Source of the DNA: an uncultured virus (IMG/VR IMGVR_UViG_3300042343_001542)
Lineage: Duplodnaviria > Heunggongvirae > Uroviricota > Caudoviricetes
Virus record (IMG/VR): IMGVR_UViG_3300042343_001542
Strand: one strand, 5' to 3'
DNA: 64,000 bases
Shown: in pieces, positions 35,108 to 45,085 of the stretch
Position numbering within the stretch: position 1 is the first letter of the stretch
How the letters are laid out: each line of letters opens with the position of its first letter
Made by a program: the position numbers and the translations under genes
The notes under the pieces: generated by a model
Told to the model about the DNA's origin: nothing
The model's input: the letters and a program-made list of their open reading frames with translations, nothing else
The model's database searches: none

Positions 35108-35493
35108 AAAGTTCTTAGTTTATTTGCTATATTGAAATCTATTGTTATATCAGAAGATATAATATTTTTACCTTCAACATTAAAAACAACTTCTGGCATA
35201 CAATTTAAATATACCAAAAAAGTTTTTAATGGAGAATAATTTTTTTGACCCAATTTCAAAAACAACATTTTTGTACATGGTTCTGTATCGAAAACATTAT
35301 ATGTTGATATAATATGATTTAATATCAGCCTTTCTTTTAAATCCCCATATATAATATACTTTTGAATCAACCTTTTAGTATATTTTATGCGCTTTAAATC
35401 GGAAAAAAATTCTTGTTCAATATAATGCGGCGAAATGTAGTGTCTCGCCGCATACAACAAAAAATTATCATGAGTCAAATTATCATCAAGCAT
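35104..35493 (-). CDS. Conserved T4-like phage hypothetical protein
   Basis: NFLLYA..HY...EF..DLKR.KY.KRL...LKERLILNHII. Confidence 0.75.
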   Translation of the reverse strand: MLDDNLTHDNFLLYAARHYISPHYIEQEFFSDLKRIKYTKRLIQKYIIYGDLKERLILNHIISTYNVFDTEPCTKMLFLKLGQKNYSPLKTFLVYLNCMPEVVFNVEGKNIISSDITIDFNIANKLRTL

Positions 35494-35508
35494 TATAAAG
35501 GCGTTTCC

Positions 35509-35742
35509 TTATTTTTCTCCCTTTTCGAGAGAATATTTTCCTTTTTTTGCTTTTAATACAAAATTTCCTTCAGAACCTTTAAATTCATCGTGAACGTTTA
35601 CTGACCTATTTACGCCCAATAACTCTTTTCCGACGGATTGTTCGTTTTCTTCAGATTTATCTTTAACTGGATGATTTAACCCCAATTTTTTGGTCTGAAC
35701 CTTAGTATGAATTTCGTCGTGAAATTGTTTAAAAGATTTCAT
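35509..35742 (-). CDS. Hypothetical protein
   Basis: MKSFKQF N-terminus. Confidence 0.6.
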   Translation of the reverse strand: MKSFKQFHDEIHTKVQTKKLGLNHPVKDKSEENEQSVGKELLGVNRSVNVHDEFKGSEGNFVLKAKKGKYSLEKGEK

Positions 35743-35744
35743 TA

Positions 35745-36263
35745 TTATACGCCAGTAAAGTAGGGTAGACCAGAATTTGTGTCTAATGCGGTTTCTTCAG
35801 AAAGTGCAACTAAAGTCTCTGCTTGAACTCTATTCGCTCTACCACCCATAACAACAGAGAATACTAGATTAGCGTTATTTGAACCGGCTGGAGCAGCGAT
35901 GGTTGGTGTACTTTCGTAATTTGATCCGCCAGAATTTAGAATAATAGAAACGTTATTGGTGCCTAGAACCAATAACCTAGCGTTTGCAGTAGTATTAGCG
36001 GTACCACCACCAGTAATCGTTAAAAACCCGTTTGCAAAAGTGTCTGTTGTTACAGTACCTTTAGAAACAGTGATTTCTTTGATAAACCCAGTTCCTTGAG
36101 TAATATTAACCCAACCGCTATGAGCAACACCCTTTCCGCTACCGAAAGTTGCGTTTGCTAATCTGGTGTCTGTTGCCATATATAAATTGGTATTACCAGG
36201 AGTATTTGTTTGTAGAACTTTTGGTTCGTTATTTGCAAAATCTTTATTTCCCCATGCTGACAT
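35745..36263 (-). CDS. Putative virion structural protein
   Basis: MS.WG..D, H.GWV, GRA.RV..ETLVA; T/N/G-rich. Confidence 0.65.
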   Translation of the reverse strand: MSAWGNKDFANNEPKVLQTNTPGNTNLYMATDTRLANATFGSGKGVAHSGWVNITQGTGFIKEITVSKGTVTTDTFANGFLTITGGGTANTTANARLLVLGTNNVSIILNSGGSNYESTPTIAAPAGSNNANLVFSVVMGGRANRVQAETLVALSEETALDTNSGLPYFTGV

Positions 36264-36318
36264 AATCGTATTCCTATGAAAGTTAATGAATTTATTATTA
36301 TTTATTATTTTCTAATTT

Positions 36319-37014
36319 TCAATCATCATCTTCTTCGTCACCAACTTTAGGGTTAATGACTATAGAATCTTGTTTATTCAATTTTATTTCTTTATTTTTG
36401 AATTTATCGTAAACTTTTTGGGTTTTTGGAGAAAGTTCGACAACGCCTTTATTTTTTACGTTTTTACTTACCGTTTCTTGTCTTACGTCCATTTCTATTA
36501 CCAATTCTTCTCTATATGTTGTTGTTTGCTGTTTGCCCGTTTTTGGAGATACTACTGACATACCTTTTGGTATTGCCAAAAACCCCCTTTTACCTAAAGA
36601 TTTATGAAATGTTGCTCCAGCAAATTGGTGAACATCCCTACCAGAACCCAATGCTCTGATTAATTGACGTTTAATTGCTTCCCTTTTCTTACCTCTTCCG
36701 ACGTGGTATTGGGATTTGTGCCACTGACCGACGTCTAAACGGGTAGAACGTTTTTTATCACCACCCTTTATCAAACCCCTTTTATATTCTAAAATCATAT
36801 CTTCTGAAACGTTCCTTTTTGCTTCTTCGGCTTGACGTTTCATCCTTCTAAATAATTTCCATTGTTTATATGCAGAACTATTAGATATTTTCTCAAGTTG
36901 TTTTGCAGATAGTTTGTATGGATCCCTTCCAGTAAAAGAGATATATGTTCTTAGAGGTGATACTCTTTCTTGTAGAAGGAAATAGTTTTCTAACAACTTT
37001 TCTTTTAGGTTCAT
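36319..37014 (-). CDS. Hypothetical basic protein
   Basis: 231-aa in-line ORF. Confidence 0.65.
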   Translation of the reverse strand: MNLKEKLLENYFLLQERVSPLRTYISFTGRDPYKLSAKQLEKISNSSAYKQWKLFRRMKRQAEEAKRNVSEDMILEYKRGLIKGGDKKRSTRLDVGQWHKSQYHVGRGKKREAIKRQLIRALGSGRDVHQFAGATFHKSLGKRGFLAIPKGMSVVSPKTGKQQTTTYREELVIEMDVRQETVSKNVKNKGVVELSPKTQKVYDKFKNKEIKLNKQDSIVINPKVGDEEDDD

Positions 37015-37859
37015 TTCTTATTCCCGAAAATTATTCGTTTTGTGGATTTCCAAACAATTTCGTCTGGGTTTTTCTTTGCTGGAGAATTAAACTTCTTATT
37101 GTATTTTTGTTTATCTTTTGAAGGAGAGAATTCAACTTTATCTAATTTATCAATATCGTCTTTATTAGAAAAACTCATTCCAGTTAAAGAATTTAAAGTT
37201 TCTGGGGAACCGATATCTTCAAAATTATGGACAACATTACTTTGCCCAGACGCTCTAATATCATATTCATTATATCCATCTGGTTTTAACGTGCTATGAG
37301 AATAAAAACTTTTAAATTTCTTTTTATCGTCTTTTATTTTATCTTTATCTAACATGAACTTATTATAAACGTAATCTTTCGCTTTATTAATATGTTTTTC
37401 TGTTATATAATTTATAGGATTAATTAATCTCTCTACGAATGATTCTAATTCTTCTACATTTATCGCGTTATATTCGGAGTTATTATCAAAAACGTAAAAA
37501 CTATCAAATAACCCTTCGAAAACCCAAAGGTTTTCTTTAGAAGATTTGAACCTTTCATTTCTTAAATCTTCAGAAATATGTCTTATTGATAATCTACCCC
37601 TTGAAACAGCATTTTCTACGTCAACAAATATCATTGATGTTATATGGGTATTTTCTAATATTGACTTAATTTCTAATATTTTCGATTCTTCGTAAGCATT
37701 CCCTTTCACTATAAAATTATTTTCAACATTATGTTTTTTGATGTTTTTAATAAGCTGTTCTATAGTATATTCTTTAATAGAATACCTTTCAGAAATATAT
37801 TTTATGGCGACGTCTTTACCAGAACCAGGACCACCAATAATAAAAATAGCATTATTCAT
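37011..37859 (-). CDS. P-loop kinase-like protein
   Basis: AIFIIGGPGSGKD Walker A; MIFVDV...S..R...R lid-like motif. Confidence 0.75.
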   Translation of the reverse strand: MNNAIFIIGGPGSGKDVAIKYISERYSIKEYTIEQLIKNIKKHNVENNFIVKGNAYEESKILEIKSILENTHITSMIFVDVENAVSRGRLSIRHISEDLRNERFKSSKENLWVFEGLFDSFYVFDNNSEYNAINVEELESFVERLINPINYITEKHINKAKDYVYNKFMLDKDKIKDDKKKFKSFYSHSTLKPDGYNEYDIRASGQSNVVHNFEDIGSPETLNSLTGMSFSNKDDIDKLDKVEFSPSKDKQKYNKKFNSPAKKNPDEIVWKSTKRIIFGNKK

Positions 37860-37860
37860 A

Positions 37861-39762
37861 TTAACCTAATATCCACTTAACCTTTTCAAACGTAGTAGAA
37901 CATTCTTTTAACGGTTTGCTTCTTTCTTTAATTTTTTGCATCAAACCTTTCGCGTCTTCGTGAGAAAAGTTTGGATGTAATAATTTTTTGAATTGTGCAA
38001 CGTGTTCTGGATTATTATGATCTAAAGATCTTGCGGTTTGTCTCATTACGGAACCAGAAGTTTTCCCTCTTGGGTTTCCAATAAATTTGGCAGACTCGTA
38101 ATCCATTCGGAGATCACCACCTCTTTTATTCCCTTGTTCGTCCACCGATTCTGGAAAAGAAGATTTATTATATTTATCAACTAATCCCTTATAACTATCT
38201 ATAGAACCACCAGCAGAAGATTTAGATTTAACGCCTTCTTCCCCTTCTCCCGCATGAACTGTTATATGAACTTTTCTACCTGGTTTCTTTAAAGAATGCC
38301 AAGTATGGACTAACGCCTTTAATGGGTTCTTTGTGTGTCTATCAGTCCCAGCAACAAAAGAATCAGCCTTTTCTGGATATAATTTCTTTAATTGAGATAT
38401 TTTTTCTTCAACCGTTAATGGATCTTTGTCTGTAGTTTTTTCTTTTGACTCCGGACCCATAACGTAAACTCTATGAGAATGTGCTGGAGTATCAAAAACT
38501 CTATTCAAAAGTTTATGATGTTCCTCTGTAGGTCCAGTAAACCTCCCAGCAGCAAATACCACATGATGGTGTTCTTCTTCCGATTCTTTTAGTCCAGAAT
38601 CTTCGTCTGTTGGAGCGGTGTTCTTTTTAAATTTGGATTTTGCATTATTTGGGTCATAATATTCTTTTCTCTTTTGATTTACTTCTGATTCTATAGCAGA
38701 AGATTCTCCAGGAAAATGTAATTTTAAATGATTCCAAGCAGCGTCTTTTGCCGTTTTATCCATTTCTGGATCATTACCCAAAGACTGAGAAGAATGGTGC
38801 CACAATTTATTAGCAAAAGTCTTTATAATTTTTCCGTGATGTTCTTGAGGAAGATGTTTTTTTATGTGATCTATAACCCCACCAAAAGAACCAATATCTT
38901 CATGATCCTGTTCGGAACCTTCTCTATTAAACATTGATTTATAAATTGTTGGAATGTCTTTAGTGTAAGAAGCTCCTTTTGAGGGTATTTCCCTCACTAT
39001 TGGCTTTCCACTTTCATGGGTTCCAATATTTTCCCATTTTTGGCGTAACCCTTTATCCACGGAAAACGTGTGTGGCGGCACTTCTGCTTCTTCTTGGGTT
39101 TCAGTTTTCGCTTTACCTCGCCCTTTCATTGAAGAAATAATTGAAGGTTTAGAATGGGCGTGAAATGCTGATTGGATTAATTCTTTATGAAAGCGACCTT
39201 TTATACCATGCTCCATATCTCCAATATGACTAGAATGAGCCAATTGTTCGAATTTAGTTGGCTCTTGAGATTTTTCGTCATATTCTACGGGTTCAAAATC
39301 TATTTGGTGGTGTTTACCCGTATCTAAATGTTGTACCACTGCATGAGTTTGGTTCCCTGTAGTTCTTGTGTGTAAAACCTTAAATCTCCCATGAGTATCT
39401 CCGGGTTTTAAAAACTGGTTCAATTTTTCTCTATGTTGTTCTGGAATTTGAACGTCAAAATCGCCGAGTTTTGGTTTAATTTTTGTAAACTTTTCTGTTG
39501 GAATATTCTTATCCATATAAGGTCTAGCAGAACCGGAATAAGCAGACCCGGTTTTTAAAGAATTTCCAAATAAAGAATGACCGTGTTGCTTTTGTACGCC
39601 TTGGTCTATAGAACTAAAAAAATCATGAAAGTGCCCAGAATGGGTATCCCTATTATTAGTATCTACACTATCAGAAGTTCTTGTACCTTTAGAAGCGTCA
39701 TTTGCGTCTACTGGATATGGTAGATTTCCACCTTCAGAAATGAATTTTTTAAATCTAATCAT
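37861..39762 (-). CDS. Two-domain protein: Pol-beta-like nucleotidyltransferase plus cytidylyltransferase-like domain
   Basis: YSGS...GDFDVQI...QIDF; VFAAGRFTGPT..H.KL, DPL...EK, SGS.MR. Confidence 0.65.
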   Translation of the reverse strand: MIRFKKFISEGGNLPYPVDANDASKGTRTSDSVDTNNRDTHSGHFHDFFSSIDQGVQKQHGHSLFGNSLKTGSAYSGSARPYMDKNIPTEKFTKIKPKLGDFDVQIPEQHREKLNQFLKPGDTHGRFKVLHTRTTGNQTHAVVQHLDTGKHHQIDFEPVEYDEKSQEPTKFEQLAHSSHIGDMEHGIKGRFHKELIQSAFHAHSKPSIISSMKGRGKAKTETQEEAEVPPHTFSVDKGLRQKWENIGTHESGKPIVREIPSKGASYTKDIPTIYKSMFNREGSEQDHEDIGSFGGVIDHIKKHLPQEHHGKIIKTFANKLWHHSSQSLGNDPEMDKTAKDAAWNHLKLHFPGESSAIESEVNQKRKEYYDPNNAKSKFKKNTAPTDEDSGLKESEEEHHHVVFAAGRFTGPTEEHHKLLNRVFDTPAHSHRVYVMGPESKEKTTDKDPLTVEEKISQLKKLYPEKADSFVAGTDRHTKNPLKALVHTWHSLKKPGRKVHITVHAGEGEEGVKSKSSAGGSIDSYKGLVDKYNKSSFPESVDEQGNKRGGDLRMDYESAKFIGNPRGKTSGSVMRQTARSLDHNNPEHVAQFKKLLHPNFSHEDAKGLMQKIKERSKPLKECSTTFEKVKWILG

Positions 39763-39763
39763 T

Positions 39764-40648
39764 TTATTGATTCCTTTGATTTTTTTGATCTTGTTTGAAA
39801 CTTTTAAAAGCAGAAGATTGAATTTTTATTCTTCCGTTTGGTGTGTGAAATACGTCCCCTTCCGATTCTCCTTCTACTTCCCAATGTCTGGGTTTTACGC
39901 CAGAAGCGTGTTGCGATAGTTTACTTTCCAAAGAAGATTTGATAGAGTTCAGCTTTATCTTTTCTTGTTCTTTTGCTTCTTTATCTGCAGATTTTCTTGA
40001 CTTTAATAATTCTGGATTAATTTCAGAATGAGCTTTCTTTTCATCAGAAACGTCTATATCAAAAGAATTTCCTTCTGATTTATCGTGATCGAACGTCACG
40101 TGGTGATCGCCCAACTTTTCAATATCTTCTGGTTTATGTGTGGAATTTTCTGGGAGTTGGTGATGAAGAATAAACATCCCAGATTTACCCATAGAATTTG
40201 GGTTATAAGAAGTATTTACGAATTTGATACCCTTATCGGTTTTTTGTCCAATTCCCCTAAGGAAAAACTCCCCTTTAATAGAAGAAGAAAGTCCTGATTC
40301 ATGTCTGGACTTCAAATAAGACATTAATTTTGGGTTATTGACTAACCTGTGATGTAGGTCGTCATATTGAGAAGAAACAGAAGTATCTGCGTCTGCCCCC
40401 CTTTTGTTTCTAGTATATGCAGAATAATCTCCAGCATTTCTTATTTTATCTGAATTTGCCGAGCGCGTATATGGACCTTCTTCGTCATACCCAACTTCAC
40501 CGGCAGCACCATCAGTTTTTCTGGTAGAAACACCAGACAAAACTTTACCTTTAAGGAGATTTCCCAATTTTTCGTGGTTTAAATCTCTTAAATTATCCAA
40601 TCCTTGTCGAAGTTTTTGTTCTAAAATAAATTGCTTAAAAGATAACAT
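39764..40648 (-). CDS. Ligase-superfamily (KxDG) protein
   Basis: KTDG, KGEFF, ESEGDVF, RIKIQS in ligase motif order. Confidence 0.55.
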   Translation of the reverse strand: MLSFKQFILEQKLRQGLDNLRDLNHEKLGNLLKGKVLSGVSTRKTDGAAGEVGYDEEGPYTRSANSDKIRNAGDYSAYTRNKRGADADTSVSSQYDDLHHRLVNNPKLMSYLKSRHESGLSSSIKGEFFLRGIGQKTDKGIKFVNTSYNPNSMGKSGMFILHHQLPENSTHKPEDIEKLGDHHVTFDHDKSEGNSFDIDVSDEKKAHSEINPELLKSRKSADKEAKEQEKIKLNSIKSSLESKLSQHASGVKPRHWEVEGESEGDVFHTPNGRIKIQSSAFKSFKQDQKNQRNQ

Positions 40649-40678
40649 TTTAAAATACTTGGATTAATTACAATAAAG

Positions 40679-40686
40679 TATTTATA
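40679..40686 (-). promoter_or_regulatory. Late promoter TATAAATA
   Basis: Exact match about 30 bp upstream of ORF 40648. Confidence 0.7.
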
Positions 40687-40692
40687 ATTATT

Positions 40693-41385
40693 TTAATCTA
40701 TATGTAATTCTCCCGTTGAAGCTACATACCCCTCGCAATGAATTTTGTCGAATTCGATAAGATGTCCTTTATTGATATTAACAAAATGTGCGTGCTCAGT
40801 ATCAATTCCTTTATTTAACAATTCAAAATTTTTTTGTAATGTGATTAAATAGTCATCTAATAAAGAAGGACAAAACGAAAATAATCTTGTTATTAACAAG
40901 TCTGTTGCTCCAGAAGCGTTCTGAATTTCTTTTGGTAACCAAGAGGGAATTCTTTTTCTAAAAACATATTTACCAAACAATCCTTCGTAATCATTAATAT
41001 CAAACGTTTTTTGAAGGTTATACCTTCCGCTTAATTTGAAAATTCGCTTGACAGAATGGAACAACTTCATTAATTCAATATTTTGCTTGAATTGGTATAA
41101 AGTATTTAATAGCAACACCGTTTCCGCTTGACTTTTTAACCCTTTATCTCCAAATTCTGTCGGACCGATATTTAAGAATATATCAATATATCCCTCAAAA
41201 GGTTTTAAATCTTCTTGGGTAATTGAATCTGAAGAAGAATCTGCAAAAAGGATTATAGAATTTGGAACCCTTTTTATACTCTTAAATGTTTCTAGCGTTT
41301 GGTTTATCCTAGTTGAATTATCAAAAATTCCAATTTTGGGTTTTAATGAAGAACTTACTATAAACAAATTTTTATCTGGGATCAT
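40693..41385 (-). CDS. Hypothetical protein, possibly glycosyltransferase-like
   Basis: R..QTL.T..SI, FKLSGRY motifs; in the sugar cluster. Confidence 0.55.
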   Translation of the reverse strand: MIPDKNLFIVSSSLKPKIGIFDNSTRINQTLETFKSIKRVPNSIILFADSSSDSITQEDLKPFEGYIDIFLNIGPTEFGDKGLKSQAETVLLLNTLYQFKQNIELMKLFHSVKRIFKLSGRYNLQKTFDINDYEGLFGKYVFRKRIPSWLPKEIQNASGATDLLITRLFSFCPSLLDDYLITLQKNFELLNKGIDTEHAHFVNINKGHLIEFDKIHCEGYVASTGELHID

Positions 41386-42404
41386 TATAAGTAGTCTCCC
41401 AAATTATCGGCATCTCTGAAAACGTTAATCGCCTCTGCTCTTGGATATGGATTCGCATGGTTATAATCATTAATCAATAATCTTCTAGCGTTTTGCAACC
41501 CGTAGATACATTGAAATTCATTAAACCCCAAACTCTTCAACATTTTTTCCGTGTCTTGTTTGGCAATTTCTGGTCTTGCTGTTGTGAATATAAACTGTGA
41601 TCCCTTATTATAAAATTCTAACAACAGTTTAACATTATTTTCGATTATTGTTGGTTGTAAATGCCAATCTCCATGAGATTGAGCTTTTACTATAGTCCCG
41701 TCAATGTCGCAAAATATAACTGGTCTATCGTTATATTCAAACCAATCTTTGGAAGTCCCTACGTCAATATAATTGGAAATGGACTTTTCGGAAAATACTT
41801 CTCCTTCTTGAATACAATTTTGTATCACATGAGAAACGAAGAATTCTGAATTTATCTGAATCTTTTCAAAAGAATCGCAAAAGAGTTTTGCAGACTTAAA
41901 GGCATATCCTCCAACACAAAACGTGTCAGAAACAACTTTCTTTTCAATGATGTTTTGAATAATACCTTGATCATTGGATATGGTAAAACTTTTAGAATAT
42001 AATTTCTTTAATACTTCATGTTCTGATATTCTAGAAACACAAACGTAATTATCAAAAGTGAGTTCGTGATCGAAAAAACTATCACAATCTTTTATAAGAA
42101 TGGGAGAATTTAAATCAATATTAGACTTTTTAATAATTTGATAGACAGTATCTGCTGGACCTCTTGTTAATTCATCTAATATAACAATATTAACTTTATC
42201 TCCAAGATAAGCCTTAATATGTTTCGTAGAGTTATACGTTTCTTCGTGCTCTTTCAATATACCAATAGTTATATTACAAGTATTCAAATAAGGGTTTATT
42301 GCCGATTGTAACATTATTTTCTTCTTGTAATCAGCAAGAAGATATTTTGGGCGCATATTAGGGAATCTTGAAGATAAACCTGCTGCCGGTACGATTATTT
42401 CCAT
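41385..42404 (-). CDS. Sugar NTP-transferase fused to a HAD-like phosphatase
   Basis: IVPAAG.SSRF...PK, T.GPA.T, DCD; C-terminal FCDIDGT, TTAR. Confidence 0.85.
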   Translation of the reverse strand: MEIIVPAAGLSSRFPNMRPKYLLADYKKKIMLQSAINPYLNTCNITIGILKEHEETYNSTKHIKAYLGDKVNIVILDELTRGPADTVYQIIKKSNIDLNSPILIKDCDSFFDHELTFDNYVCVSRISEHEVLKKLYSKSFTISNDQGIIQNIIEKKVVSDTFCVGGYAFKSAKLFCDSFEKIQINSEFFVSHVIQNCIQEGEVFSEKSISNYIDVGTSKDWFEYNDRPVIFCDIDGTIVKAQSHGDWHLQPTIIENNVKLLLEFYNKGSQFIFTTARPEIAKQDTEKMLKSLGFNEFQCIYGLQNARRLLINDYNHANPYPRAEAINVFRDADNLGDYL

Positions 42405-43135
42405 AATTTATTGATCTCTCTTTTCAAGAATAATTTTTCGAAACTATTAGGTTTAGCGTGTTTATAAACTCTTAATAGCATTAATATTAGCAAATAATCA
42501 TTATTCGCTTCTGGAAACTTGTTTAGTATTTCTTTTTCTATTTTGTTTAATTTTACATCTAAAGAAACTTTACTGTTTCGTAGAAACCATTTACATTTTA
42601 AATCTTGCCTAAGTTTAGCGATATCAAAAATGTAAGAATCATATTCTATAGAAACGGCATCTATTAAATAGAATTTTTTATCAGAACCATATAGAATATT
42701 TTCTAAAGTCAAATCTCCAAAATAATCACTTTGATGTAATTCTTTTGGTAGTTTTTCTATTAGGTCTTTCTTAGTAAAAGGTAGTTCGTCGAAGTCTATT
42801 TGTTCCAGCTTTTCTTTATATATGTTTTCGTAATTTACTAAATTTTTTTGGGAAGATAATTTAGTTAAAGTTTCTATTAAAAAGGAAATTAAGGTATTGA
42901 TAGAATTATTTTCAAGGTACGTTTTCATATCCAAAGAAGGAATGTATTCAATATCTAGAACATTCCCTTCTTTATTATAAATTTTTGGTATATTAAATCC
43001 GCAAGAAATTAAATGAGATATTCTTTCGTAATTTCTTTCTACATTTTCTATTTTTCGGACAAAAGTTTTAGAATTTTCTTCTATTAACAAAACCGTACTA
43101 CCAGAAAACCCGTTTAATGCCTTTATTACAGTCAT
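42395..43135 (-). CDS. APH/choline-kinase-like phosphotransferase
   Basis: GFSGS, GDLTLENIL, LID, DIAKL.QD. Confidence 0.8.
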   Translation of the reverse strand: MTVIKALNGFSGSTVLLIEENSKTFVRKIENVERNYERISHLISCGFNIPKIYNKEGNVLDIEYIPSLDMKTYLENNSINTLISFLIETLTKLSSQKNLVNYENIYKEKLEQIDFDELPFTKKDLIEKLPKELHQSDYFGDLTLENILYGSDKKFYLIDAVSIEYDSYIFDIAKLRQDLKCKWFLRNSKVSLDVKLNKIEKEILNKFPEANNDYLLILMLLRVYKHAKPNSFEKLFLKREINKLWK

Positions 43136-43818
43136 TTAGCCCATTTCTCGTAGTCTTCTCTAATCAAAGAATGCCAAGTGCCGTTATGAGGTCCAGGAGG
43201 AAAAGGGTTATTCATATCAACATATACAAGGTTTTCTCCAACCAAATTGTGATGTATAAGGTTTGCTTTTAACATTTCTTCTCCAATCATTTGAGTTCCT
43301 TGAGAATAATATTGATCAATATTTTCGTATGTGGACATGTATTTAATCATATTTTCCGCAGAAGAAAAGGCAAATTGGTCGTTTCCAAAATTTCTTTCTG
43401 GAACCATTCTACAATTAGGAATGTAAAGTTTATTGGTATGCATTTTCTCAAAGGCTATTTTTACATTAAGAGCATAATCGTATCTGGTCCTTATTACGAA
43501 ATCGTAATTAACCCCAAATTCTTGAAACAATTTTTTAGATTCATTTATTGAATAAAACGCCGAAAGAGTAAATCTTGGTGGCCATTTAGAAGCGTCAGGA
43601 GTATTTGTATACTTTTTATCTTCTTGTTCTGAGAACTTGGGGTCTTCAAATATATAAGATTTTGGTTTGTAAAGGTTTAGTATTTTATGGTTAAGTTCAG
43701 AATTCCAAGAATGACAAAATACGTCAACGTCATAAAAATCCAACAAATTGGTTTTGTAATAATGAAACGCCTTGGACAACCCTCTAGGTTGTCCCGACAA
43801 ACATAAAGCAATTTTCAT
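43132..43818 (-). CDS. Putative glycosyltransferase-like protein
   Basis: KIALCLSGQPR, DVF.HSW, YD.VIR.RYD, NDQFA. Confidence 0.6.
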   Translation of the reverse strand: MKIALCLSGQPRGLSKAFHYYKTNLLDFYDVDVFCHSWNSELNHKILNLYKPKSYIFEDPKFSEQEDKKYTNTPDASKWPPRFTLSAFYSINESKKLFQEFGVNYDFVIRTRYDYALNVKIAFEKMHTNKLYIPNCRMVPERNFGNDQFAFSSAENMIKYMSTYENIDQYYSQGTQMIGEEMLKANLIHHNLVGENLVYVDMNNPFPPGPHNGTWHSLIREDYEKWAK

Positions 43819-44504
43819 TTATAAAGCCTCACTGGAAAATTATATAAGTTAAACGGAACTCCGTTATTATATAGATTTCTTAATAACAACATGTGCGGGC
43901 AGTACCTTTCTTCTCTATGTATCCTTATATTTTCCGATCCGTATTGTTTAATTTTATCGAGGTAATACAAAAACCCTTCTTCAAAATCTGAAGAATGAAT
44001 TTTCTGAAAATGGTCAAACAAAAAATAATGTTTTGCGTACTTAAATGGAGATATGCAAAAAATATCAGAAATTAAATTGTAAGACTCTTCAAATGGAACA
44101 GATATAACATCAGACAAAGATATTATTTTGAATACATTAAAAAAATCTATATCGTATCTACAATATATGAAATTATCGTATTCTTCTTCAATAAGGTCTA
44201 AGGCTTGTTTTCTTCCAAAATTCATTGATGCGTGATTGGATAAAATATCCATAGTAGAAGGTTTTGGGTTTGTAAACCTTATACTGGACTCTATAGATTC
44301 AAAATATGGCTTATAACAATCAAAATCTTCAACTAATATTTTTTTGGGTTGAAGATTTTCAATAATATCATTAATTTCGCTTTCGTCAACAGACCATAAA
44401 TGACAATATACGTCTAAATCATTTAAAGCGATAAATTGTTTAATATTTTCTTTTGTTTTACCAAAAGTTCTATATTGTCCAGAGAAAATTATACAGTTTT
44501 TCAT
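43815..44504 (-). CDS. Paralogue of 43132-43818
   Basis: SGQ.R, DVY.H.W, YD..I..RYD, SD.F. Confidence 0.6.
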   Translation of the reverse strand: MKNCIIFSGQYRTFGKTKENIKQFIALNDLDVYCHLWSVDESEINDIIENLQPKKILVEDFDCYKPYFESIESSIRFTNPKPSTMDILSNHASMNFGRKQALDLIEEEYDNFIYCRYDIDFFNVFKIISLSDVISVPFEESYNLISDIFCISPFKYAKHYFLFDHFQKIHSSDFEEGFLYYLDKIKQYGSENIRIHREERYCPHMLLLRNLYNNGVPFNLYNFPVRLYK

Positions 44505-44509
44505 TTGGT

Positions 44510-45085
44510 CTACTTATACCAATACCATACATCACATTCCGTAAGTAGAATACCTTTTTTACATTTTTCAGCAAATTCTGTCGCAGCCTTATTAACTCCA
44601 GAAATGGTTTGGAAATCGTGTCCAGAAAAAATGCCGTTATCTTTAACTTTAGAATAATAATTTAAACAATCTTTAGATAATTGTTCGTATGTGTGCAACC
44701 CGTCAATGAAAACGAAATCGAACGTTTTATCGCCAAAGTCTACAAACTTTTCATCAGAAGTTGTTCTGTGTAAAATAAACCTTTCGCCGAACTTTTCCAT
44801 TCTATTTAAAACAGAGTAATACATTTCGTCTCTAGATTTTAGAGAATTTCCATTCCAATCAACATAATCAATATATGGGTCAATAGAATGCAATACTAAA
44901 TTTGGATTATTTTCTAAAAGGAAGAATGCGGTATCTCCAACATCACAACCTATTTCTAAACCAACAATTTCCCCTTTATTTTCTAGAAGCTCTAATAACC
45001 CAAATCCAGAACATTTGAATTGGTGTGTTGGTTTATTTTGTCCATAGGAGACAACTCCTGTATTGAATACAATTTCATCACTCAT
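44510..45085 (-). CDS. Class I SAM-dependent methyltransferase
   Basis: LEIG...G, IDPY, DFVFIDG.HTYE, G.FSGHD. Confidence 0.9.
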   Translation of the reverse strand: MSDEIVFNTGVVSYGQNKPTHQFKCSGFGLLELLENKGEIVGLEIGCDVGDTAFFLLENNPNLVLHSIDPYIDYVDWNGNSLKSRDEMYYSVLNRMEKFGERFILHRTTSDEKFVDFGDKTFDFVFIDGLHTYEQLSKDCLNYYSKVKDNGIFSGHDFQTISGVNKAATEFAEKCKKGILLTECDVWYWYK

